A DNA stretch of 64,000 nucleotides, taken from NCBI RefSeq assembly GCF_009834535.1, contig NC_045707.1:59088001-59152000 (forward strand). The letters run 5' to 3'. Position numbers and translations under genes: made by a program. The notes below the pieces were generated by a model, which did not search any database, was not told where the DNA came from, and saw only the letters and a list, made by a program, of their open reading frames with translations. How positions within the stretch are numbered: position 1 is the stretch's first letter; every line of letters begins with the position of its first letter. Shown one piece after another: positions 1 through 10,510 of the stretch. This DNA comes from Camelus ferus (lineage: Eukaryota).

Positions 1-159
1 GTAGGGGTTTCCATGACTAAATGGAGATAAAAATCTCTCAACAGTAGGTGGTGCAATGCTCAAAACATGCAAAATGCAACTGTTTCCAAAGTATTTTTTC
101 TTATACTTTCATTATAATGTTTTGGAATTTCTGAAAATCACTTTCATAGAATGCATAAG

Positions 160-545
160 GCGTATAAAGAATAATTCATGATACTTGCCCTGAGGGAAAT
201 CATAGTCCAAAAACTGAGTCAGATATGCAAAGCTTAATCATTAATGTGATAATTTGGATGGTATAACAGAGTTGTAGAGAGAATTCATTGAAGGCAGTGG
301 AGGGAGTTGATTACCTAAACGCCTCTAAGCAGGAAGGCTAGTAGGGAGAGCTTCAGAGAAAAAGGCGTTGTTTGACGGATGAATAATGACTTTCCGAGTG
401 ACCAAGGGGAGAGAGAATTTCGGACAGTGAAAGCCAAGTGCACAAAGGCACCTGGAGAAGCATCTGGGGACCTCCATGTAGGTTTATCGACTAAGCTGTA
501 AGGTATGATTGTTGAGGAAAGAACATAAACTTTGAAAACAGACAA
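160..545 (-). mobile_element. Decayed L2 LINE fragment
   Basis: Purine-rich L2 antisense motifs (cttgccctgagggaaatcatagtcc; agagcttcagagaaaaagg; aagtgcacaaaggc). Recognised by eye. Confidence 0.55.
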
Positions 546-569
546 GGTCACAGCACTGACCTACCACCA

Positions 570-745
570 AGTATCTGGGTGACTTGGAACATATTAAATA
601 ACTTATCCAAGTCTCATTTGTTAGAGAAGAGAATATTAATTACTGTGTAATCTTCTAGTGAAGATTAAATGAAATAGGCATCTGAAATATTTTCACAGTC
701 TAGGGGAATAAGATGCTCAACATATGATAGCTGTTATCATTATCT
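570..745 (+). mobile_element. MIR SINE fragment
   Basis: gtgacttggaacatattaaat...aagtctcatttgttagagaag...gtgaagattaaatgaaata...atgctcaacatatgatagctgttatcatt follows the MIR core and tail. Confidence 0.6.
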
Positions 746-1758
746 TCATCACCATCATCACCTTCAGATTGGGAGAGGTAAGCTCCTGGAACCCTTGTGT
801 TCTACACTGACTGTATATATATAGAGGCATTTAAAGACTTAAAACAGAGGAAGACAAACCCATATTTGTTCTAGGAAAATCACTCTGACAGCTTCATGGA
901 AAATAGGAAGAATTGAACCTGGAATTGGGAAAAACAGCAAGAAGACAGTGGTAACAGCCCTGGAAATATGACTGCAGAACTAAGACACTAAGGGCTGAGA
1001 TGGAGAGAGGGGATGTTCCCATGTTTACTTTTCCCCTTTTCCTCTTCCCCATGCAAAGCTTAAGTGCTTTATGAAAGCCTTCCAATACAAAGTCACAATT
1101 GAGGTTGCTGTGGTTACAGTGAGAGGGAAAAAATATCGTCATCTTTTCTTCCAGCCCCATTCTTAGAACAATAATTTTATCAAACTCTTATTTTAGAAAT
1201 ATTGTGTTATAGTTCATCTTCTGCCAGGAAAGTCTTCTGTTCAGGCTTTCAAAGTAAATATAAGAAATAACAGGAATCCTGTCACTCAAACTGTACCCCT
1301 TGCCCTCATCCATGGTATTTAAGATTCTGCACATAATGTCTGATAAAGAGCTTTGAGCCATGTAACAGGGAATAAGAAACAGTCAATAAAAATTGAATGT
1401 AGCTGCTGGGCACTGCCATTGTCACTCACAGCAGTATAACTATACAAATTCTCTGTCACAACCAGTGCAGATCCCTTGTAAAAAAGGTTTAGTTTTCAGA
1501 GCAATATAAGAAACACTTTAAAGAAAACTCCCACATTATCTTTCTCTAAACCTGCTAGAAGTTTTAGTTTGATTCTTCAAACCGTTGCTGAAGTTCACAG
1601 CATTTCTTGTGAATATATTCCCACTCAATCGGGCACAATGGTGAAAACCAATACCTAACATATTGTCACCTAACGTTGATCTGGCCTATTTTTTTTATTG
1701 TCTTTGCTCTCAAAATGTTTGAATTCTAACAGCAGGGCAAACTGTTAATAATTGAGAG

Positions 1759-1879
1759 CAAATATAGTAGACAAGATATATATTATGTATATTGTATATA
1801 ATAACTGAATGTAATTATAGTAGACAAGATAAATACTGTGTATATCATATATAGTAAGTGAGTGTAAATATAGCAGACA
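1759..1879. repeat. Diverged tandem repeat, 53-bp unit, ~2.3 copies
   Basis: a(a/t)tatag(t/c)agaca recurs at 1761, 1814 and 1867, a 53-bp period. Confidence 0.85.
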
Positions 1880-2049
1880 GACATCGTTGTGTCCCTACTA
1901 CCTATGTACTTCCCAAAGCAATGTACCAGAGTTCCAGAGCTGATTAGTTAAATAGATGCTTAGTTACTGTAAATAGTTTCCTGTAATCCCAGGAAAAACA
2001 TATTAACCTCTGTTTTCCTAGTGCTTTATATTTCACAAAGTAGTTTATT

Positions 2050-3530
2050 ACTCAGTCATTCATTTCATCAATACATGTGTATTGATCATTTATTATACAA
2101 TGGACACTATTCTGGGAACAGAGCAGAGAGCAAAGTAGACCGGGATCCTCACCCAGATGGCGTTTGCACTCTTGATCTTGTTGGGAAGGTAAATGATCCA
2201 GTGTGTAACAAGGCGATGGGTGCCACCGAAATAAATCAAGTTGGGGAAGGAGGTAAAAAGTGCTGAGCACTTGCGAGGTCAGGGAACAAAGGTGTAAAGG
2301 AAACAAAGGAGCACACCACGCTGATATCTGGAGGTAAGGCATTCTTGGGAATGGAAACGAGACCACAGAGATCTTAGGTAGCAACGTGTAGAGGTATTCT
2401 CTAAATGGCCAGGAAGACAATGTAGCTGGAGATAAATGAAAGAGAAAAAGTGGTTGCAAAAAAAGTCCAAAAATTAATGCCAGACCAGATTTTGTAGGGT
2501 TTGAAGACCATTTTAAGGACTTTACTTTTTGCTTTGAGTGAAACAGGAGACATTAGTGGGATCAGAGCAGATCAAAATCATGATCTGACTTCAAGTTTCA
2601 AAAAAATTATTATTCTGGACTGAAAAGAAACATTGGAGGACAAGAAGAGGAACAGAGAGACACCTTAGGGACAATACAGCAACAATCCAAGAGAGAAAGA
2701 TGGTGGCCTGCACTAGAGTGATAGCAGAGGAAGTGATATTTTATTTTGGCTATTTTTAAAGTTGGAGCTGAAAGTATTTCCAATTGATTGGATGTATCAA
2801 TGATGACTTCAAAATTTGGGGTCTGAACATGGGGTGGAGACTACAGCCACTAACTGAAATGGGGAAAAAGTCTGGATAAAGAAAACTGTAGGAGGGGAAA
2901 TTAGGGGGTCAGTATTGTCCTACTTAAGTTTAAGACATCTATTAAATACCCCCAGACGTTTAGAAGGCAGCTGGATGTATAAGTCTGGAGAGTTCAGGAG
3001 GGGATATACACCAGAAAGAAAAAAATTGGGGAACCACCAGCATAGAAACTGTATTTAAAACATGTCACTGGGTGTGGTCACCAAGGTGGATAAAGAAGAT
3101 GTCCAAGAACTGAGCTTGGAGGCACCCCAAAATGAAGAAATTGGGGAGGTGAGAAGGAACAGCAAAAGATACTGAGAAGCAGCAGTCTTTAATGCAGGAA
3201 GGAAATCAGGAGAATTCGATGTCATCATAGCTACATAAATAAAAAGTACTTGCAGGAGGAGAGATCCACAGTGGCATGATGAAAATTGGACACTGACTTC
3301 TGAATTTAGGGATATAGTCATCAATGCAGATGTGACAAGAGAGGTTTCTGTGGAGAGGGTGCAAGCTTTGTTGGAGTGAATTAAAGAGGAAATGGAGAAT
3401 AATTGAAGATTCCAACCAAAGAAATCTCTTTCAAGGAATGTTGCTTCACAAAGGAGTGGAGAAATGGGAAGTTGTATGAGTGGAAATGACGTAAAGATAA
3501 AGTAAAGAAAGAGCTTAGTTAAGATGGGAA
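2050..3530 (-). mobile_element. L2 (L2a-like) LINE, ~1.5-kb 3' portion
   Basis: Starts with the reverse complement of the L2 3' end (cattcatttcatcaatacatgtgtattgatc...acactattctggg), followed by a long purine-rich L2 body (ccagaccagattttgtaggg, gatggtggcctgcactagagtg, ggcagctggatgtataagtctggag). Confidence 0.85.
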
Positions 3531-3559
3531 AAATACCATGTTTATGTGCAGATGCATTA

Positions 3560-3785
3560 TATTGTTTTAATGCTAACAACCATGTGAGGTAGATATGATT
3601 TTCTCCTATTTTACAGGAAAGCAAAAACAAAACAAAACAAAAAACACAAAACGAAGAACACCAAAAATGACACTGATCAGATTTTGGGACTTGTCCGAGT
3701 CCTGCCATTGAGTTAGTGTTAACAGGGATTTAATTACTGAAGGGTCCTTTGATTCCCAAGCATGCACTCATTTCGCTATACGGGG
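3560..3785 (-). mobile_element. MIR SINE
   Basis: aacaaccatgtgaggtagatatgattttctcctattttacagg...gacttgtccgagtc...tttgattcccaagc. Confidence 0.7.
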
Positions 3786-5299
3786 GAGCCGTTTCCCTAA
3801 GAACAAGCACTAGAAGAGAAGAGGGGGAGGAATTCGTCTCCCTGTGATGAGACGCCAGGAACCGCCAGTGTATAAGGGACACTACTGACCTAATCATAAG
3901 TTCTCCGTTGACATTTTTATTGATACTTGTGTTTATTTTCTAGGACTGACTTCTGCACCCTTATTTAAGATTGTCTCCTAACTCAAAACATCAATTAAAA
4001 CAAAACACGATAATTACTATTTATGACCTTGGAATTTTTAAAAAATTATATTAATTTATAGAAACAATTTCTTGCTACTGATCAAAACAGAAAAGGCAAA
4101 TCCAAATGGAAACTAGTTTTGCAAATGTCATTCATTATAAGATAAGACAACATATCTAAAGTCCTGAACATTTTTATGTTTAATGTCCTTTTATCTCAAT
4201 CTTATATTTTAATGAGTTATAGTCTTTTTAGGAATTAATATGGATACATTACACACTATTTAGTATACACTGGAAGACTCCAGTTCACATTCTTTTACAA
4301 AAGAGAATAGTGAATTTTTAGTTATGAAGATACAAAGACTTGTATGCTATAAATATCTAACAACATTATATACTCTGACTTATAAGAGAAATAATTCTTT
4401 ACTTTCCTTGTTTGGTATCAGCCAGCAAATATTTTGGTGTGATGATATCTACAGGTCTTAAATAAAGAGAGAGGAATTGTACTACAGGTAGAATGTATTT
4501 TCATTCTCACTACATACAGCTGAGTTTTTATTTGTTTCTCTAAAAACTAAATACGTTGTTATTGTATTTATCCAGGAACTAATTAATTCAGTTTTTTACC
4601 TCCAACGTCATTGAATTGGGCAACCCTGCTGGTGGGGAGTGTGAAATACCAAAAGAAAATAATTTTGAGATGCTTTAAATTCGTACTTAGGAAAATTAAT
4701 GACTGTGTAAGGAGAAAAACATGCTTCCAGCAAAGAAGCGAACACAGAGATAATTAGAGAGCACGCGATAATATAAAACTAATATTTTATGACATATGCA
4801 TGTTCTTCCATTTGATGATCATTTCAAAGCTTGGTAAAGGAAGTGTTACCAATTAGTTGCTTTGAAAAGTACATTCAACTGAAAAAGAAACTCTCAAACA
4901 GCTGAAAATAATTATAGGTGATACAGCAAATGTTCATGTAATAATGGGTACCATTATGACATAAATAAGACTTACTTTGGTTTCAAAAATTATATTCCAC
5001 CAAAATGTAGACAGTCCTGTTTTTGTACTCTATGCATGAAAAAAATGCTTAGAAAAATAATCATTTTCAGCTATATTCTCTTTTGACTGTATGATGTATA
5101 TATGGACGTATATATGAATGTATATATGAATATAAGAAAATATTTGAATTTCTTGATTTAAACAATACACATGAAATGATATGAAGGAAAAGCTAAATAT
5201 TATCTCACCTATATACCCATTATTTGCAGCCCCATAGAACTGTGAAACAGTCATTGTTCAATATTCTTAGGTGCTCAGATTCTCAGCTGTCCTTTTTTA

Positions 5300-5780
5300 T
5301 TAGTTGGTACGTATGCTCTCTTTCTTTTGTTCCTCGGTTATTTCTAATGCACATATATACTTCTACACACATAACATTTTACACAGATGTGATCATTTAT
5401 ACAATTTTGTGTTACTTCCTTTTCTGTAGTTGCCTCCTCTTCCTTATTAGTTCCCTCCATTCCACCCTCCATACGCTCCCTTCCCCACAATCCCAACCAG
5501 GAGCCCTAGGTAATGTGTCTAAATCATCCGAGGGTGAAAATCTCTATGTTCCATTCTCTTAGAGCCACATACCCATAGATAAGCTTGCATGGGATATTTT
5601 CCATTACTTAGAGGAGTATACTCAAAATAATTATCATGCATCTCTGTGTGCTGTTTTTACTCATCAGTAGCTTATGAAAATTGCAAATCACTCCAGGTTA
5701 TCTGAGTCAGCTTCATTCTTTTAAATGGCTAAGTAACACTGTGTTGTCAATGTACCCTTACTCCTTCAATCCAACTTGCA
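5300..5780 (-). mobile_element. Ancient L1 (L1ME-like) 3' fragment
   Basis: cttcattcttttaaatggctaagtaacactgtgttg and neighbouring motifs typical of antisense old L1 3' ends. Confidence 0.5.
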
Positions 5781-6414
5781 TGGTTCTAATTTTATGAAGT
5801 AATAGCATTTTAATTTTAAAAGATTGTGAGATAGTGGTTTAGTAAAGCATTTGCCCAGGTGCTGCTGTTCAAATACTTCTCCATCTTGTCCTGATCTCTC
5901 AACAAGAATCTCCTGTTACCAGGCCTGGACCCAGCCTGGAAGTGACAGGAAGAGGACAGTATACAGTTTTAAAAATAAGTAAAACCTTTGCAGATAAGCT
6001 AGAGTTCACTACGATCAAATTTCATTTCAAAAAATGGTACGGCTCAGTTCAAAATAAAACTGATGTAAAATGAAAAAAAAAAAAAAGAGTATCAGCTTAG
6101 AATCCATTCCAGAAAGTTCCAACAGTGATTCAGGTGTCTGAAGTCTCTGGCATGACAAGGTGCCAGAGAGTTCTTTCTAAATTCCTCTTCCTCCATGTTA
6201 GATTCTTGGCTCATTTGCACTTAACTCTAAACTGCCATCACATTAACGGAGGAAATTGAGCATACAGGAACATCTGAGTTGATTAAAAGGAAGAGTTAGT
6301 AAGATTTTAGTTGTTTTATTAATTGCTAAAGTAATCATTTTGATGTAAAATTATGTATTAAAGTTTGAATAAAATTTCAAAGAAATGTGTTCATGGTTTG
6401 CAGAATAAATAAGC

Positions 6415-6615
6415 ATGTAGTGCGTGACAAAGAAGTCATCTGGCTCTATAATTCTGTCCCTGACATTAAATAACTGAATACATTTAAGTAAAGTATTTGT
6501 CCTCCATCCATAAGCTGAATCAATTCTTCACTCAGCTGTGAGATTAAAATGAAGTAATATAAGTGGACCCGCTTCATATGTCTACAAACAGTAAATAAAG
6601 AACAGTGCTATCATG
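6415..6615 (+). mobile_element. MIR SINE
   Basis: gcatgtagtgcgtg...ctggctctataattctgtccctgacatt...gctgtgagattaaaatgaagtaatat. Confidence 0.5.
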
Positions 6616-7519
6616 AAGTAATTGCAGAAAGAACTTAAGAATACTATTAATCTTTCATTGATTCACTTAATAAACATATTCTGAGTATCTCTAGATACCA
6701 TAAATGGAGCCAAACTAGGAAAGAGAGCAAGCGGGTCAAACAACAATAAAGAAAAGTGCCTCTCTTCAAGGGGGCCGTTTGTGTCACGTGTGTATATATA
6801 ATGTTATAGAAAATCAAACATGTTGCCATGTCAATCTGCTAATTCAGCTTTAACTTATTCTGTGGACTAATCACCATATCTCTCTACTTGTAAGTGACTT
6901 TAAGGAGCCACACCCAAAGAAGTGTGTGTTTAAGTAGTATATAGAAGAGCCGCATTCAGTCAGATGGAATAAAATCAAAGCTCTAAACATGTATAAGGAT
7001 AATTTACTTAAGCTCTTTGAGTCTTTCTTCAAATATAAAAATGGGAAGACTAACATCTTCCTTACAATGTTAATTTAAGAATGAAATTAAAAGACACAAT
7101 ATCTATCTAACCATCCATTCATCTATCCATCCGAGCCATATACTGGAAAATACATGGGTCAGTCTTCCTTTCTAAATAGATTTTTAATTTAATTTTTAAT
7201 ATCAACCAGGTATTTTAGTCATTAAAAAGGCAAAGGCATAACATTTTACAACGTGATAATTTCAAAAACAAAGTATCAAAGTTATTTCTTGCCCACAGAG
7301 CTGAGAAAGACATTAGCTGGATTTCCTTACACATATTGTCATGATTTGGTATTGTTGGGCAGTGTGCAGTCTTTTCAGGGTTTAGGGTATCTAAGTGACT
7401 GAATGTGGACTTAGGGAAAGAGTTTAATGTTATAGGAAAAAATACATTTTATTCTAATTCTTAAATGTTACGCAGATATACTAATGGAATTATTTCACGA
7501 GGTTGAATTTTGTCAAGAG

Positions 7520-7701
7520 CATTGGTATCAATGTTGAACCAATGGCCCTCTGATCAGAGGGAATGTCCTGATTGGAAAGGATTTGCTGATTTTTACTTCC
7601 ACCATGGCGGATTTCAAGAGGCCAACATGATGCCACTGGACACAGAGCTGATCAGGAGTAGACACTAATAGTCAGCTGTCTGGAACTCTAGCACACCAGT
7701 G
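7520..7701 (-). mobile_element. MER63-like hAT-Blackjack DNA transposon
   Basis: The reverse complement begins cactggtgtgctagag and contains gtggcatcatgttggcctcttgaaatccgccatggtggaagt...aatcagcaaat, matching the MER63 layout as I recall it. Confidence 0.65.
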
Positions 7702-7802
7702 GTTAGAACATACTACTTAAGAAATTTCACACTTCAAAATCTGGCAGTGTTATCAGTTATCTGTTTTCCTCTTTTTCAATCAAAGCTAAATCTCTTCTAC
7801 AG

Positions 7803-7820
7803 CATTCCTATCCACTGAAG
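7803..7820 (+). other. Candidate 18-nt microexon (host gene unknown)
   Basis: Pyrimidine tract and tctcttctacAG, then CATTCCTATCCACTGAAG, then GTAAGT. Length is a multiple of 3. Confidence 0.35.
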
Positions 7821-8011
7821 GTAAGTCATGATTTTCAAAGAGATTTAACATATATCATTTTTCCTCAAGAACTTTCCAATTATAAAAAAGACATTTAAAG
7901 TTCTTCCATAAGAGGTGGTGAATATGTTCCCAGTTAAGTGTTCTCTTCCTCAGACACATGGACAAAACCAAACCAGACTTTTGGTCTGAAGCATGAAAGA
8001 GGTGTTTAGAG

Positions 8012-8130
8012 TGGCAGTGCGGCCGAGCTGGGACCGGCTGAGAGTGCGGCTGGGCGCGGCTGGGCCCAGCTGGGAGTTGTCAGGGGCGGTGGAAGTGAGA
8101 GAGTGCGGTGGGAGTGGGGAGGAGACGTGG
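8012..8130. repeat. GC/CpG-rich degenerate ~10-bp repeat patch
   Basis: ggccgagctg ggaccggctg agagtgcggc tgggcgcggc tgggcccagc tgggag... within AT-rich surroundings. Confidence 0.7.
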
Positions 8131-8699
8131 CCACGGTGTTTCTGGAAGCCTGTTTATCTTTCTTGTCGTGGAGTCAATTTGCTCTATCTACCTCGTATTT
8201 TCATGTTAGATTTGAAAATAAAGATTATTTAAAGTAAAAAAAAGCCTCCACAGCTTCACAAAGGGGCCTTAAGTATTGTAAGAGAGAATCGGCACTACTT
8301 TGGAAAAAATCAGTAAGTCTTTAATATTTGGGAGGAAAGGGAATGAACAAGATCAGATTTCTGAAAAGGTGGGGTTTGTGACTGATTCGCCTTAATTCTT
8401 CAGTATCTAAGTATAGCCCTGCGAAAACAGATGCCTACTAAGAGTTTTCATTTTCAATTATTAGACATCTTATATGGACAAGATAAAGTGAATGGGGATA
8501 AACGGGAGACTGGAAAAATTATTTAAAGGGGTTGCAAGAGACCAGTGGTGAACTAACTGAACCTTGGCTAGGGTGGTGACACTGGGAGAGGCTGTGACTG
8601 GTCAGTATCTCAGAAGTGGAACTGAGAGGATTAAAAGCTGATAGGCTATTAGAGTCAAGGTAGAGATCACAGAGGATTCCTAGCTTAGAACCTGGGCTT

Positions 8700-10510
8700 C
8701 AAAAATTATTTTGAAATGAGTGAATTAGAAAATAAATATCAAAATGTATTTAATTCAGCTAAAATAGTATCTAGAGAAAACTCCTATTTATAAGCACTTA
8801 TATAAGAAAATATGAAAGGTCTAAGATTTATAATCTCACTCCCCTTAACTATAACATAGAGAAAGAAAAGCAAGAGAAGCAATAAAACAGAAAACAAAAC
8901 AAAAAAATAAACGAAACCTAAAGTTGTTTCTTTGAAAGAGCAAAAAATTACTCTATCTCTAGCCAAACAAAACCAAAAAAAAGAGAGAGAGAGAGAAAAT
9001 ATGAATTATAATATCAGAAACGAAAAGGGAAGCTCTCCCTACAAATCTTACAGATGTTAAAAAAGTATAACAGGAGAATAGTTTCATCAACCTTATGCCA
9101 ACAATTTTGTCAATTTAAGTGAAAAAAAAACACAAAATCTCTGAAAGATACAAACTACCAATGTTCATTCAAGAAGAAATAGATAACCTATATGAGCCTG
9201 TATCCCTTAAATAAATCAGTTTCATAGTTAAAAGCCTTCCCACGCTGAACCCCAGGCCGAGATGCCTTCACCGGTGATTTCTACCAAACGTTTAAGGAGG
9301 AGAGGATAACAAATCTACACACACTTCTCCACAAAACACAGGAGGAGGAGTGATCTTCCAACTAAAATCTCTCAAAGACATTACAGGAAAAGAAAACAGG
9401 AGAACAATACATCCTTCCTGAACACAGATGCAAAACCCTTAACAAATTACTAGCAAACTGAATTCAGCAAAATATGAAAAGGGTAATATATTATGTCTAA
9501 ATAAGTTTATTACAGGAATGCAAGGTTGTTTAACATTCAAAATCCAATCAAAATAAATTTACCATACGAGCATTATAAAAAAGCCTTATGCATTTCTAAA
9601 GAGGATCATATACTAAAAAGCCTTTTGATAAAATTCAATACCTAAGATAAACTTCTCAGTAAACCAGGAATATAAGAAACTTCTTCAATCTAAGAAAGGA
9701 TATCTATGAAAACTGGAGATAACATCATTCTTAAATGTGAAATACTGAATTTTTTCCCCTAAAATCAAGAATAAGGAATGGTATCTTATTCTTACCATTT
9801 CTATTCAACATTGTTCTGGGGATCCTATCAAGTGCAATAAAGCAAGAGAAAGAAATGAAAGGCATATAGATTTATATGGAAGAAATAAAACTGTCTTAAT
9901 TTGCAAATATTATCACATTTGAAGAAACTCCTAGGACATCCATAAAAAGTTACTGTAAACAGTAAGTAAGAACACAGGATGCAAGGCTGATATACAAAAA
10001 TCAACTGAATTTCCATTTGCTAGCAAAAACTTATATAAAATGTCATCTATAAATTCTAATAAACAATAAGCAACAAATTCTACTAAATATCAAACACCAG
10101 CATGAAATAACAAAATACGTGAAAAAGTTATATTTTGAAATTTACAAAAGATTGGTCAGAGAAATTTAAAAAATGGAGGTATCCATCATGGTTGTGGATT
10201 GGGGGACGCATTATTGTTAGGAAACTGTTTCTCCTCAAATATATGTCCATATATATATATATAAATAATGCAATCCTAATAGAGATTCAATTACTTTTAC
10301 AGAAGTTGACAAAACAATTATAAATTTTATCTGGAAATGTAAAGGACCTGGACGTATAAAAACAATTTTAAGAGGCAGAACAAAATTGGAGGACTTACAC
10401 TGAACGATTTCAAGACAAGAAAAGGCACAGTGATCAAGATGATGTGTTATTGAGATAAAGAAAGGAACACAGGTCAGAGGAGAAGAGTTCAGAAACTGAC
10501 CTATACATAT
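8700..10510 (+). mobile_element. Old L1 (L1M-type), decayed ORF2 region
   Basis: L1 ORF2 nucleotide motifs (caggccgagatgccttcaccggtgatttctaccaaacgtttaagg; caggaatgcaaggttgtttaacattc; ctattcaacattgttctggg; ggaggacttacactg) with no intact frame. Confidence 0.9.

Noticed and set aside
3055..3708. Longest ORF (217 aa, - strand)
   Set aside because: It spans a MIR, an A-rich tract and a decayed L2. The Leu/Ser/Phe-rich composition comes from the pyrimidine-rich strand, and no domain is recognisable.
3844..3890. GTGATGA…CTGA as a C/D snoRNA
   Set aside because: Only ~45 nt, too short, with no terminal stem.
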